From an uncultured Phycisphaerales bacterium (GTDB taxonomy: Bacteria > Planctomycetota > Phycisphaerae > Sedimentisphaerales > Anaerobacaceae): a stretch of 64,000 nt of DNA. The stretch is taken from contig CAVYYI010000001.1 in assembly GCA_963772725.1 (NCBI GenBank), positions 448,001 through 512,000 of the forward strand, written 5' to 3'. This document shows, piece by piece, positions 33,547 to 45,182 of this stretch (position 1 is the stretch's first letter; each line of letters opens with the position of its first letter). Made by a program: the position numbers and the translations under genes. Below the pieces are notes generated by a model. The model was not told the origin of the DNA and searched no databases. It saw only the letters and a program-made list of their open reading frames with translations.

Positions 33547-34275
33547 TTATTTAGAAATTTCCTGAGTTTGCCTTGTTTTTAACGGTCTTGTATGTATGCC
33601 GCATTCGCCGCCGCATTTGCTCGTTCCAATCCATCTGCCTGCGCGCTTGTCTATTCCAAGACTTATTTTTGAGGACGGTGCGCATCCCAGCGACCTGTAT
33701 CCTTGCAAATAAAGCGGATTGACAGGCACACGGTGCAATGCCAGGTATTGCCATATTTCCCGTTCATGCCATATCAATATCGGATTAAGCTTAACAAGTC
33801 CCTTATCGCGTTCTTCAACTTCCTTGAAGTCGGTTCGCGTCCTGCCCTCTGTGCAGCGCAGGCCGGTTACCCAGCAGGAAACACCCATTTCTTCAATCGC
33901 TCTTTTCACAGGCTCGACTTTCAATATATCGCAGCAGCGGTCTGGATTAGTTAGATATAATTTATCCGGTATTTCCGCGTCATTACGATATACGTTCAAC
34001 TCCGGATACCTTGCGACTTCTTCATTCATAAACGCGACTGTTTCCGCCGGTTTATATCTTGTTGTAACGATAAAACCGCGTATCGCCGGGCTTACCCTTT
34101 TGGCAAGATGCCAAACCGCCGATGAATCCTTTCCAAGGCTGTTTGCCACGACCAGTCCGTCGCCATATTCGTCTAATGCCTGGCTTATCAGTTCCAAAGA
34201 CCTTTCGACTTTTTGAGCAAAATTCAGCCCATCCACCAATTCTTTCACATTGTCCGTTACAAAATCTTTCAACAT
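33547..34275 (-). CDS. cysH: APS/PAPS reductase
   Basis: SLGKDS, CCDILKVEP, WVTGLR, GYRSLGC, RAGRW, ECGIH. Confidence 0.92.
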   Translation of the reverse strand: MLKDFVTDNVKELVDGLNFAQKVERSLELISQALDEYGDGLVVANSLGKDSSAVWHLAKRVSPAIRGFIVTTRYKPAETVAFMNEEVARYPELNVYRNDAEIPDKLYLTNPDRCCDILKVEPVKRAIEEMGVSCWVTGLRCTEGRTRTDFKEVEERDKGLVKLNPILIWHEREIWQYLALHRVPVNPLYLQGYRSLGCAPSSKISLGIDKRAGRWIGTSKCGGECGIHTRPLKTRQTQEISK

Positions 34276-34300
34276 ACAAATTTTTCCTTTCTAAAAAAAA

Positions 34301-34522
34301 TTATATTTCATATTCCGGCAATTTTTTTGTGCCAAACTTAATCCTATTCCAAACCCTCTCATGGGCATAAAAGACACCTATTTTCAGGATGGTATCCAAT
34401 AATCCGATTTTTGCGGCAAGCTCTAATTCTCCAAGCAGTATCCAAGCTACTAATATCGTTACTACAGTTCCGCCTGCCCGCCAGCTTACAGCCTTGATTA
34501 TGCTTCTTAAATGTGATTCCAT
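34301..34522 (-). CDS. DUF2061-like small membrane protein
   Basis: RSIIKAVSWR, FYAHERVWNRIKFG; family typical of sulfate-assimilation clusters. Confidence 0.85.
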   Translation of the reverse strand: MESHLRSIIKAVSWRAGGTVVTILVAWILLGELELAAKIGLLDTILKIGVFYAHERVWNRIKFGTKKLPEYEI

Positions 34523-34627
34523 ATTATTCCTATGTCAATACTATACTATAATCATAAAAAAATTTACTTTTTAATAGCTTCGCGAAACCGAAAATAAAAT
34601 TTTATTTACCATATACTATTTATCCTA

Positions 34628-34669
34628 TTGACATAATGGGAATTATAGCATATATTATTAATAGGTCAA
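34628..34669. promoter_or_regulatory. Overlapping divergent sigma70-type promoters
   Basis: + strand TTGACA(34628)-17-TATATT(34651); - strand TTGACC(34669-34664)-16-TGcTATAAT(-10 at 34647-34642). Confidence 0.65.
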
Positions 34670-34763
34670 TAGTTTTTTAAAAAAATTTTAAAAAACTTTT
34701 TGCTAAGAACATTGTATAGTATAAGATAGTCTATTGTTATAGTAGGATTTAAAGGACTTTATT

Positions 34764-35198
34764 ATGAAACTCTCTACAAGAACACGCTATGGTCTAAGAG
34801 CGGTTTTATCGCTGGCAGAGACTGCAGGCGATAAGCCGGTGCAGTTAAAAACTATTGCAGAACGTCAGGATATATCATTAAAATATCTCGAATATTTGAT
34901 GTCAATGTTGAAAACGGCTGGTATAGTAAGGAGTGTTCGAGGTGCTCATGGAGGCTATGTCCTCGCCAGGCCGACCAGTAAGATTGAACTGATAGAGATT
35001 TTTAACGCTCTTGAAGGGCCGATAGCTATTACGGAATGCCTTGATGATGAAAGTTATTGTGATAAAACTATTGAATGTATCACAAGGCATGTTTGGAAAA
35101 AGATGCAGGATGCTATGGTGAATGTATTGAGCTCGATTACCCTGTAGGATTTGACGGAAATGGCAAAAAGTGATAAAGCGTTGCATTATCAGATATAA
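34764..35198 (+). CDS. Rrf2-family (IscR/CymR-like) regulator with an in-frame TAG at 35145-35147
   Basis: MKLSTRTRYGLRA, SVRGAHGGY, ECLDDESYCDKTIEC; after the TAG the frame continues DLTEMAKSDKALHYQI*. Confidence 0.88.
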
Positions 35199-35213
35199 TT
35201 AAGGGGACTATTT

Positions 35214-36134
35214 ATGAGCGCGATATTCGAAAATATAATCGCTACAGTGGGATTTACACCTTTAGTTAAGATTAACAAGCTGGGTTCCAGCAAGTCAACA
35301 ATTCTGGCTAAGCTCGAGTTTCACAATCCAGGCGGCAGCGTAAAGGATAGAATCGCAGTCTCAATGATAGATGCTGCTGAGGAAAAAGGGCGGATAAAGC
35401 CTGATACCGTGATAATTGAGCCGACCAGCGGTAATACAGGAATAGGCCTTGCGTGCGTTTGTGCGGCAAAGGGTTATAAGCTCCTGCTGACAATGCCGGA
35501 ATCAATGAGTATCGAGAGAAGGAAACTTCTTAAGATGTTTGGTGCCGAAATTGTGCTTACGCCCGCGGAGCGGGGCATGAGCGGGGCGATTGAAAAGGCC
35601 AATGAACTCGCCGCTAAAAACCCGAATTCGTTTATTCCTCAGCAGTTTGAAAATCCCGCCAATCCGCAGGTTCACAGGGAAACAACAGCACAGGAGATTT
35701 GGAACGATACCGACCATAAGGTTGATATTCTTGTCGCTGGTGTTGGAACGGGCGGCACAATAACCGGCTGCGGCGAAGCATTAAAAAATTTCAACAAAGA
35801 TTTGAAAGTGATAGCTGTAGAACCGAAAGATTCCGCTGTTCTTTCGGGATGCAAGCCTGGGCCGCATAAAATACAGGGTATTGGTGCTGGCTTTGTGCCG
35901 AAAGTATTGAACACGGTGATAATTGACGAAATCATCCAGGTTTCAAATCCTGATGCTATGGAAACAGCACGTCAGCTTGCGCGTAAAGAAGGCATACTCG
36001 TGGGCATAAGCTCAGGGGCTGCGATGTGGGCCGCGATACAGGTCTCGAATCGTCCCGAGAGCGAAGGGAAATCAATAGTGGTGATTTTGCCGGATACAGG
36101 AGAACGATATATTTCCACAGAAATGTTTGAATAA
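35214..36134 (+). CDS. cysK: Cysteine synthase A
   Basis: [43 protein letters not shown]. Confidence 0.97.
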   Translation: MSAIFENIIATVGFTPLVKINKLGSSKSTILAKLEFHNPGGSVKDRIAVSMIDAAEEKGRIKPDTVIIEPTSGNTGIGLACVCAAKGYKLLLTMPESMSIERRKLLKMFGAEIVLTPAERGMSGAIEKANELAAKNPNSFIPQQFENPANPQVHRETTAQEIWNDTDHKVDILVAGVGTGGTITGCGEALKNFNKDLKVIAVEPKDSAVLSGCKPGPHKIQGIGAGFVPKVLNTVIIDEIIQVSNPDAMETARQLARKEGILVGISSGAAMWAAIQVSNRPESEGKSIVVILPDTGERYISTEMFE

Positions 36135-36164
36135 AGGATTTTAAAATTGTTGCGAGGTACTTCA

Positions 36165-37097
36165 ATGAGCAAAGATAAATTAAGCGGTAAAAAAATAGAA
36201 AATATTGTCAGTGAACTATCAAAAACATACGAGGGCGATTGCGGTATAAATTTCATTGACGCTACCAATCTGCCTGTGCGGGATAAGATTTTAGAGATAC
36301 TGGATTTATTGATTGAATTGCTTTTTCCCGGCTATACCGGCAAAAGGACTGTTACAAAAGCGAATATAAACTTTATCATTGGCGACGTTTTATGCCAAGT
36401 CTATTCCTCGCTTTCTGAGCAGATTGAAAGAGCATATAAGTATCTCTGCAGGATGAACAACTGTGACAGTTCAGGCTGCCGAATGATGGCCGAGGAAGTA
36501 ACGCAGTATTTACTCACGCAATTGCCGAGAATAAGAGAGATGCTCAAAGGCGACGTTAAGGCGGCATTTGATGGTGACCCCGCCGCGAGGTCTTATGAGG
36601 AAATAGTGATAAGCTACCCGTGCATAATTGCAATCGCGACGCATCGTATCGCGCACGAATTATACTTAAAGGAAGTGCCGCTGATTCCGAGAATAATGTC
36701 CGAGTGCGCTCATGCCAGGACCGGCATCGACATACATCCGGGAGCCAGAATCGGCAAAAATTTCTTTATCGACCATGGCACTGGCGTTGTGATTGGTGAG
36801 ACCACAATTATAGGTAATAACGTTAAAATTTATCAGGGCGCCACACTCGGTGCGTTGAGTTTTCCGCGTGATGAGCGAGGCAGAATCATCAAGGGCGGCA
36901 AGAGACATCCGACACTCGAGGATGATGTAACCATATACGCAGAAGCGACAATCCTCGGTGATGTAACCATCGGCAAAGGCGCCGTAATCGGCGGCAACGC
37001 GTGGGTGAAAGAATCCGTACCTGCCGGTGTTACCGTTAGTATGTCGAATCCCGATTTGGTTTATAAACATAGTAAGACCGCAAAAGATAATAAATAA
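36165..37097 (+). CDS. cysE: Serine O-acetyltransferase (EpsC/CysE type)
   Basis: GDPAA, GIDIHPGA, FIDHGTGVVIGET, KRHPT. Confidence 0.93.
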   Translation: MSKDKLSGKKIENIVSELSKTYEGDCGINFIDATNLPVRDKILEILDLLIELLFPGYTGKRTVTKANINFIIGDVLCQVYSSLSEQIERAYKYLCRMNNCDSSGCRMMAEEVTQYLLTQLPRIREMLKGDVKAAFDGDPAARSYEEIVISYPCIIAIATHRIAHELYLKEVPLIPRIMSECAHARTGIDIHPGARIGKNFFIDHGTGVVIGETTIIGNNVKIYQGATLGALSFPRDERGRIIKGGKRHPTLEDDVTIYAEATILGDVTIGKGAVIGGNAWVKESVPAGVTVSMSNPDLVYKHSKTAKDNK

Positions 37098-37116
37098 ATC
37101 GAAAGTATAATTTTAG

Positions 37117-38040
37117 ATGACAAGCAGCATTGAAAAAATTAAGGAACTAAAGCGGCGACGTAACGCTGTGATACTTGCGCATAATTATCAGTTGGCTGAT
37201 GTGCAGGATGTAGCTGATTTTTGCGGAGACTCCCTCGGCTTAAGTATCGAGGCGGCCAAAACCGACGCGGATGTGATTGTGTTTTGCGGGGTAAAGTTTA
37301 TGGCCGAAACCGCGGCCATTCTGTCCCCGGCAAAAACAGTGCTTTTACCTGATAAGTTCGCGGGCTGTCCGATGGCTGATATGATAACGGCCGCCCAGTT
37401 ACGTGAGCTTAAAGATAAATACACTGATGCCATTGTAGTCTGTTATGTGAACAGCAGCGCTGACGTCAAAGCACTGAGCGATTCCTGCTGCACAAGTTCC
37501 AATGCCGTGGCAGTTGTAAATTCTCTGCCAAAGGATAAGCAGGTGATATTTGTGCCGGACGTTCATCTGGGGCGATATGTCGAGGAAAAAACATCGAGAA
37601 AAATGGTGCTTTGGCCCGGCTATTGTCCTACACATACGTGGATAACCGAAGATGACATTAAGGCGACAAAGGCGAAATATCCAGATGCGATAGTTATGGC
37701 GCATCCTGAATGTATTGAGCCTGTTAAAAAACTCGCGGATAAAATATTCAGCACGGGCCAGATGCTCTCTTTTGCCCAGCGAAGCACAATAAAGCGGTTC
37801 ATAGTGGCTACGGAAATTGGTATTATACACAGCCTGAAAAAAAGTAATCCGGCGGCCGAATTTATCCCTGCAAGCGAAAGGGCGGTTTGCCCGAATATGA
37901 AAAAGATTACTCTGGATAAAATCATCTCCTCGCTTGAGGATATGCGATATGAAATTACAGTACCCGAAGAGATAAGAATTAAAGCGAAAAAATCGCTCGA
38001 TAGAATGGTGGAAATTTTACCTGAAAAACAGGAAGGATGA
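37117..38040 (+). CDS. nadA: Quinolinate synthase
   Basis: ILAHNYQ, FCGVKFMAET, GCPMA, YVNSS, AHPEC, CPNMK. Confidence 0.96.
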   Translation: MTSSIEKIKELKRRRNAVILAHNYQLADVQDVADFCGDSLGLSIEAAKTDADVIVFCGVKFMAETAAILSPAKTVLLPDKFAGCPMADMITAAQLRELKDKYTDAIVVCYVNSSADVKALSDSCCTSSNAVAVVNSLPKDKQVIFVPDVHLGRYVEEKTSRKMVLWPGYCPTHTWITEDDIKATKAKYPDAIVMAHPECIEPVKKLADKIFSTGQMLSFAQRSTIKRFIVATEIGIIHSLKKSNPAAEFIPASERAVCPNMKKITLDKIISSLEDMRYEITVPEEIRIKAKKSLDRMVEILPEKQEG

Positions 38041-39333
<1,293 letters not shown>

Positions 39334-39370
39334 AAAATGAAAACTTAAAATTAAGGACTCAAAACTAACT

Positions 39371-40251
39371 ATGTGGGAATATACAGATAAAGTAAAAGAT
39401 TATTTTTTCAATCCGCGCAATGTCGGCGAGATTGAAAATCCGGATGGTGTCGGCGAAGTCGGTTCGCTCGCTTGCGGCGATGCCTTGAAACTGACTTTCA
39501 AACTCGATAAGAGCGGCAGGATTGTCGATGCCAAGTTCAAAACGTTTGGCTGTGCAAGCGCAATCGCGTCTTCATCAGTGCTGACGGAAATAATAAAAGG
39601 AATGACGCTTGAACGGGCCGCGAAGGTAACCAATAAGGACATAGCGGATTATCTCGGCGGGCTGCCCGAACAAAAAATGCACTGTTCGGTAATGGGCAGA
39701 GAAGCCCTCGAAGCGGCCATCGAGAATTATCGCACCGGCGGAAAGGTAAAGCACGAACTTGAAGGTAAAGTCGTTTGTACCTGTTTCGGCGTTACCGAAA
39801 AGGAAATCGAAAGAGTAATAACAGATAACAATCTTACAACGGTCGATGAGGTAACCAACTACTGCAAAGCAGGCGGCGGATGCGGCGGCTGTAAGGGTGA
39901 AATTGAAAAAATCATCGAAAGAATACAGGGCGACAAGATTAAACAGATTCATTCCGCCGTCCCTCATAAGGCCGGCAAACTGACAAATATTCAGAAGATT
40001 CAACTGATTCAGCAAACGATAAACGAGCAGATTCGCCCCGCATTGCGGGCTGACGGCGGCAATATCGAACTGATTGATATTGAGGGCAACAAAGTCATTG
40101 TTGCCTTCAGAGGTATGTGGCACAATGCAAAATGGCCGAGTTTACAATGAAAGACGTCGTCGAAGCAAAACTGCGGGAATTCGTCTCTGACGAGCTTTTT
40201 GTTGAAGAAGCCAAAGATTCAGAACAGAACATCTCTGGTATGGGGATATAA
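39371..40251 (+). CDS. nifU: Fe-S scaffold NifU (frameshift near 40119)
   Basis: MWEYTDKV, CGDAL, FGCASA, KMHCS, VCTCFGV, GGGCGGC, DGGNIEL; shifted frame restores C.QCKMAEFTMK to TAA at 40251. Confidence 0.93.
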
Positions 40252-40252
40252 A

Positions 40253-41416
40253 ATGAAAACCATATATTTTGATAACAACGCGACATCGAAAGTCGCGGAT
40301 GAAGTGCTGGAAGAGATAAAGCCGTTTTTTTCCGAGCTTTACGGAAATCCTTCGAGTATGCACACATTTGGCGGCCAGGTAGGTATCAGGATTCGCAAAG
40401 CACGTGAGCAGGTTGCTTCGCTGCTTGGGTGTGAGCCAGGCGAAATAATATTTACCGGCTGCGGAACAGAGAGCGATAATACGGCTATTACCGGTACTCT
40501 CGCCGCTGTACCCAACAGACGAAAAATAATAACTTCGAGAGTCGAGCATCCCGCTGTGCTGGCAGTATGCAGGGAAATGGAGAACAGGGGCTATACCCTC
40601 GTCGAGATTGGTGTTGACAGGCAGGGGCGTCTTGATTTGGATGAACTTGAAAAACAAATTGACGATGATACCGCTCTTGTTACTATAATGTATGCCAACA
40701 ACGAGACCGGAACGATATTTCCCGTTGATAAAATCGCTGAAATGGTTACCTCTAAGGGTGTAGTTTTTCATACTGATGCTGTGCAGGCTGTTGGTAAGAT
40801 TCCGCTGAATCTCTCAAAAAGCAAGTTTGATTTACTTAGCATTTCGGGCCATAAGCTGCACGCCCCAAAAGGTATTGGCGTTCTTTATGTTCGCAAGGGG
40901 ACGCGCCTGACGCCGTTTATGCTCGGAGGCCACCAGGAAGGCGGCAGAAGGGCAGGTACGGAGAATGTTCCCGGAATCATCGGCCTTGGTAAGGCCTGCG
41001 AGCTGGCTGCGAGGGAATTCGCCGCTGAAAATACGAAAGTTAAATACCTGCGGGACAAACTTGAAAAAGGCCTGCTGGAAAGCTGTTCTGATAGTTTCGT
41101 CAACGGTGACATCAAAAACCGTCTGCCCAATACAGCAAATATCAGTTTTGAGTATATCGAGGGCGAGGCTATCCTGCTTATGCTCGATAAATTCGGCATC
41201 TGCGCAAGCAGCGGTTCAGCGTGTACTTCAGGTTCGCTTGAACCAAGTCACGTTTTGCGTGCGATGGGAGTGCCTTTCACGGCTGCTCACGGTTCTATTC
41301 GGTTCAGCCTAAGCAGATATAACACCGAAGATGAGGTTGATTACACAATTGAGAAAATGCCGGCTATCATCAGCAGGCTCAGGGAATTATCGCCTTTTGT
41401 GGCAAAAAAAGCGTAA
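40253..41416 (+). CDS. nifS: Cysteine desulfurase NifS
   Basis: YFDNNAT, GNPSSMH, SGHKLHAPKG, SSGSACTSGSLEPSHVL. Confidence 0.96.
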   Translation: MKTIYFDNNATSKVADEVLEEIKPFFSELYGNPSSMHTFGGQVGIRIRKAREQVASLLGCEPGEIIFTGCGTESDNTAITGTLAAVPNRRKIITSRVEHPAVLAVCREMENRGYTLVEIGVDRQGRLDLDELEKQIDDDTALVTIMYANNETGTIFPVDKIAEMVTSKGVVFHTDAVQAVGKIPLNLSKSKFDLLSISGHKLHAPKGIGVLYVRKGTRLTPFMLGGHQEGGRRAGTENVPGIIGLGKACELAAREFAAENTKVKYLRDKLEKGLLESCSDSFVNGDIKNRLPNTANISFEYIEGEAILLMLDKFGICASSGSACTSGSLEPSHVLRAMGVPFTAAHGSIRFSLSRYNTEDEVDYTIEKMPAIISRLRELSPFVAKKA

Positions 41417-41448
41417 TCACAGGTATAGATTGAATATGCCTATGCGTT

Positions 41449-42421
41449 TTACGCAAGGTCGGTTTTGTCCTCTTGCTTCTGCAGAAGCTCTATAATTTCG
41501 GTTTTAGCGGGAAGCGATTCGATAGAGCCGAACTTTGTACACGCCAATGCGCCTGCGGCAGAAGCGAATATCGCAGCCTGTCTTAATTCTGTTTTTGTGG
41601 CCAATGAGGCGGCTAATGCGCCTGCAAAGGCGTCACCGGTGCATGTATGGTCGAGCAGTTCGATTCCAAAGGCGGGAATGTGGTCGGCGCTGCTCCTGTC
41701 AACTACTACACAGCCTCGTCTGCCCATAGTTATTACAACGCAATGCACACCACGTGCGACAAGGTCTGAGCCGATGAGTTTTGCGGCGTGAATATTTGCT
41801 GTCGAATGTTCCGTGATGTCAGCTGCCTCATAAAGATTTGCGATTAAAGTATCGACACCGAAATACTCGATGGGCAAATCGGCGCTCCGAGCGCTGGCCG
41901 AACCTATCGGCCGGGCTGGATTCAGAATAACCCTTACATTATGAAGAGCGGCACATTGGATAGCTTTTATGATGGTTTCCTGCGGCAGCCGCCCGTGAAT
42001 AAGACAGATATCCGCCTGAGAAATGATTTGCTCGGCGGTTTCAATATCCCTGGGCTGCAACGCGACTGTTGGCCCCGATGTAGGTAAGAGTAGTGTTACC
42101 ACCTTTTGCATCGACTAATGTAACTATGGTGCCGGTATTTTTCGCTTCAGCGGTGTAGATGAAATCGATATTGACATCAAATTCAGCCAGACCGTTCTTA
42201 ATCATTTGCCCGAAAGGGTCACCCCCGACTTTGCCGATAAGGTAAGCCTGACATTGGCATAGCGCAGCCTGAACCACCTGACAAGCCCCCGGGCCGGCAA
42301 TTCTATACGAAAGCGCTGAGCCGAGAACATCCTGTCCGGCTAAAGGAATTTGGTCGCACCGTATGGCCATATCCACATAAGTGCCCCCGATTACAACTAC
42401 CTTAGGCGTACTCACTGCCAT
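41449..42421 (-). CDS. Ribokinase/PfkB-family kinase (frameshift near 42065)
   Basis: VVVIGGTYVD, GKVGGDPFG, ILNPA, DHTCTGDAFAGA; some canonical residues are divergent. Confidence 0.85.
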
Positions 42422-42684
42422 AATAAACCTTCAAAAATCCGTTCGATTATTTGGTAAGTATAGCATCGCCGATATTAAATGCAAACTTTTTTGAAGAAAA
42501 GAAATAACCCGCCGCAATTCTAAGGGTTTTAACCCGTGGTTGTTAACTTGTGAATGGTTGCAAAAAAATTCTAAAAAAATCAGGTAAATGTCTTGACAAT
42601 GATACCTTATAGTGTATAGTATTATAGGTTTTATAGTATAAGGCCTAAAAATATTTTTGAGAACGCAAATTCAGAGAACAATTT

Positions 42685-43038
42685 ATGAAACGGCTAAAAA
42701 AACAGACACTTGATGGGAAGATAGAGACGCTTTTGCTGGCGATACTTCAATCGGGGCCAAGCTACGGATACGCAATAGTCAAGGAATTGAACAACCGGGC
42801 GGAAGGAATACTGGAACTTGGCGAAGGTACCATTTATCCTGTTCTTCATCGCCTTGAGGAAAGGGAACTGGTCTCGGCTGAATGGTCAGAGGCAGAAAAT
42901 AGTCGTCCGCGAAAATATTATCGGTTAACTGTTAAAGGCAAAAAGGCGTTAGTGAATAATCGGATGCAATGGGAGATGCTGTCGCAGGTAATGGCAAAGG
43001 TTCTCGCTCCAAGCGGGAAACCTGCTTTATTTTCTTAA
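42685..43038 (+). CDS. PadR-family transcriptional regulator
   Basis: SYGYAI, GEGTIYPVLHRLE, RPRKYYRLT; TTGACA at 42593 and ccttata...tataagg palindrome upstream. Confidence 0.93.
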   Translation: MKRLKKQTLDGKIETLLLAILQSGPSYGYAIVKELNNRAEGILELGEGTIYPVLHRLEERELVSAEWSEAENSRPRKYYRLTVKGKKALVNNRMQWEMLSQVMAKVLAPSGKPALFS

Positions 43039-43055
43039 ATGAAAGGAGCAATATT

Positions 43056-43808
43056 ATGAGTCAGGCATTAGAAAAATATCTGGACCGTGTATTTATTTAT
43101 GCCAATCGCAATGAGACAGATGCGGCGAAAATCCGAGCGGAGCTAAAAGACCATTTGCTTAAAAAAATTGAAGAGCTGGAGGCGGCGGGAGTAAAGCGTG
43201 AAGACGCGATATTTCGGGCGATAGAGGAGCATGGACAGCCGAGAAATGTTGGTTATGGATTAAGGCCTCGATTTCCATGGGTGGATGTACGTACAAAAGG
43301 CACGGCTCGGGGCTTTATTGCTGTTGGGCCAAGAGCAGTCGGTGTGGTAGCTATCGGAGGAGTAGCGTGTGGAGTTCTGGCGTACGGCGGAGTCGCATTT
43401 GGGCTTTTATCTTTAGGCGGGCTTGCCTTTGCCGCCTTAGTCGCCCTCGGAGGCTTGTCAATAGCACCATTAGGAATCGCCTACGGCGCAATTGCTATCG
43501 GCTTTATGTCAATAGGATTATTATCTATAGGAATCAAAGGGGTCGGCTTATTAGCTATCAATTTAATTAATGAACCGTCAGAAAGCATAGAGAGCCTGAG
43601 AACTATCGGTCTTTTCTCTCATAATAATGTTCCAGCTTATTTGATACCTATATTGGACACATGGATTCCATTTATAAACATGAAGATAGTTCAGTGGTCT
43701 TTTCTGTTTTTCTGGATAAGCTGCATCATAATGCTCTCAGCCCAATTATTTTTATCAAGACGTGAACGCAACAGAATAAAAAACGCTGACGCAACGTTGG
43801 TTGAATAG
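43056..43808 (+). CDS. PadR-associated membrane protein with N-terminal HAAS/permease-prefix-like domain and Gly-rich TM repeats
   Basis: EKYLDRV..IRAELKDHL..AIEEHG.P; A.G.IA.G repeats; aggag RBS. Confidence 0.8.
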   Translation: MSQALEKYLDRVFIYANRNETDAAKIRAELKDHLLKKIEELEAAGVKREDAIFRAIEEHGQPRNVGYGLRPRFPWVDVRTKGTARGFIAVGPRAVGVVAIGGVACGVLAYGGVAFGLLSLGGLAFAALVALGGLSIAPLGIAYGAIAIGFMSIGLLSIGIKGVGLLAINLINEPSESIESLRTIGLFSHNNVPAYLIPILDTWIPFINMKIVQWSFLFFWISCIIMLSAQLFLSRRERNRIKNADATLVE

Positions 43809-43906
43809 AATCCCGCCTCACATGAAAAACCTCTTTCTAAAAAATCTGCGTCAATCTGCGGATATTAAAATCCTTTTTCTCTCCGTGACCTCTGCGCTTT
43901 CTGCGG

Positions 43907-45181
43907 TTAATGGTTGTTTATTTTTTCTTTTCCGCCCATGTATGGCCGGAGGGCTTCGGGTATGGTAATCGAGCCATCAGCATTCTGATAAAGCTCGAGA
44001 ATCGGAATCAGTATTCGCGGGGAGGCGGCGACAGTGTTGTTGAGTGTATGGCAGAAAAGATTTTTCTTTGTCATCGGGTCTTTATACCGAAGATTCATTC
44101 GCCGTGCCTGGAACTCGTAGAATCTGCTCGCACTGTGGGTCTCGCAGTAATTTTTTCGCGAAGGCATCCACGCCTCGATATCGAATTTCTGTACCTGTCC
44201 GCTGCCGAGATCGCCCGTGCAGACGTTCACAACACGGTAGGGCAGTTCCAGAGCCTGCATAAGGCCTTCTGAATTGGCCAGAATTTCCGCGTGAAATTTT
44301 TTGCTCGCCTCAATACTGTTTTCACAGATGATTACCTGCTCAACCTTATCGAATTGGTGAATTCGATAGAGGCCGTAAGTATCTTTGCCTGCCGCGCCTG
44401 CTTCTCGTCTAAAACAGCTTGATAACGCCACAAATTTGGTCGGCAGTTGCTTTTCGTTAAGCACTTCACCTGAATAATAGGCCGTCAGCGGCACTTCGGC
44501 CGTCCCGACGAGATTCAGGTCGTCGCGTTCCATCTGATAGGTCTGCTCCTCCGAACCGGGGAAATAACCCGTGCCTCGCATCGCCTCATTTTTCATCAGC
44601 AGCGGCACACACATCGGCTTATACCCTTTCGCAACCATATAATCTATCGCGAGCCGCAGTACTGCCCAGTGCAGCATCGCACCATCGCCTTTAAGAAAAT
44701 AGTTTCTTGACCCCGCCAATTTAACACCGCGTTCGATATCAATAATATCCAATGCTGTTCCAAGCTGAACGTGGTCTTTAGGCTCAAAATCGAATTTCCG
44801 CACTTGGCCTTCTCTCCGGAGTTCCACATTCTGCGTGTCATCCTCACCCAAAGGCACTTCGTCGCCGGGAGGCTGGGGCACGAAAAGCATTAACTGGTCG
44901 AATTCCGGCTGAAGCTTTTTAATCTGCTCCTCAAGTTCAGCCTCATCTTTTTTTAACTCCGAAAGATTGCCGAGTGCGGATTGTTTTTCCGCATCCGCCA
45001 GCCTGGGAATAGACTTTCCAAGTTTGTTCTTTTCGGTAGTAATATCCTGAAGACGGTTTTTGGCTGTTTTAAGTATCGAATCCACTTCAAGCAGGCGGTC
45101 AATATCTACATCGAATCTTTTTGCCTTGGCGGCATCTTTGAACCTCTGCGGGTTTTCGCGTATTTCCTTAATGTCTATCAT
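43907..45181 (-). CDS. serS: Seryl-tRNA synthetase
   Basis: MIDIKEIREN, GTAEVPL, CFRREAG, RIHQFDKVEQ, HTLNNT. Confidence 0.97.
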   Translation of the reverse strand: MIDIKEIRENPQRFKDAAKAKRFDVDIDRLLEVDSILKTAKNRLQDITTEKNKLGKSIPRLADAEKQSALGNLSELKKDEAELEEQIKKLQPEFDQLMLFVPQPPGDEVPLGEDDTQNVELRREGQVRKFDFEPKDHVQLGTALDIIDIERGVKLAGSRNYFLKGDGAMLHWAVLRLAIDYMVAKGYKPMCVPLLMKNEAMRGTGYFPGSEEQTYQMERDDLNLVGTAEVPLTAYYSGEVLNEKQLPTKFVALSSCFRREAGAAGKDTYGLYRIHQFDKVEQVIICENSIEASKKFHAEILANSEGLMQALELPYRVVNVCTGDLGSGQVQKFDIEAWMPSRKNYCETHSASRFYEFQARRMNLRYKDPMTKKNLFCHTLNNTVAASPRILIPILELYQNADGSITIPEALRPYMGGKEKINNH

Positions 45182-45182
45182 A

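Noticed and set aside
35145..35147. Pyrrolysine or alternative-code readthrough
   Set aside because: Other genes here (pstS, phoU2-type neighbours aside, the 28936-29613 isomerase, the 43056 gene) end normally at TAG or standard stops, and no pyl genes are visible
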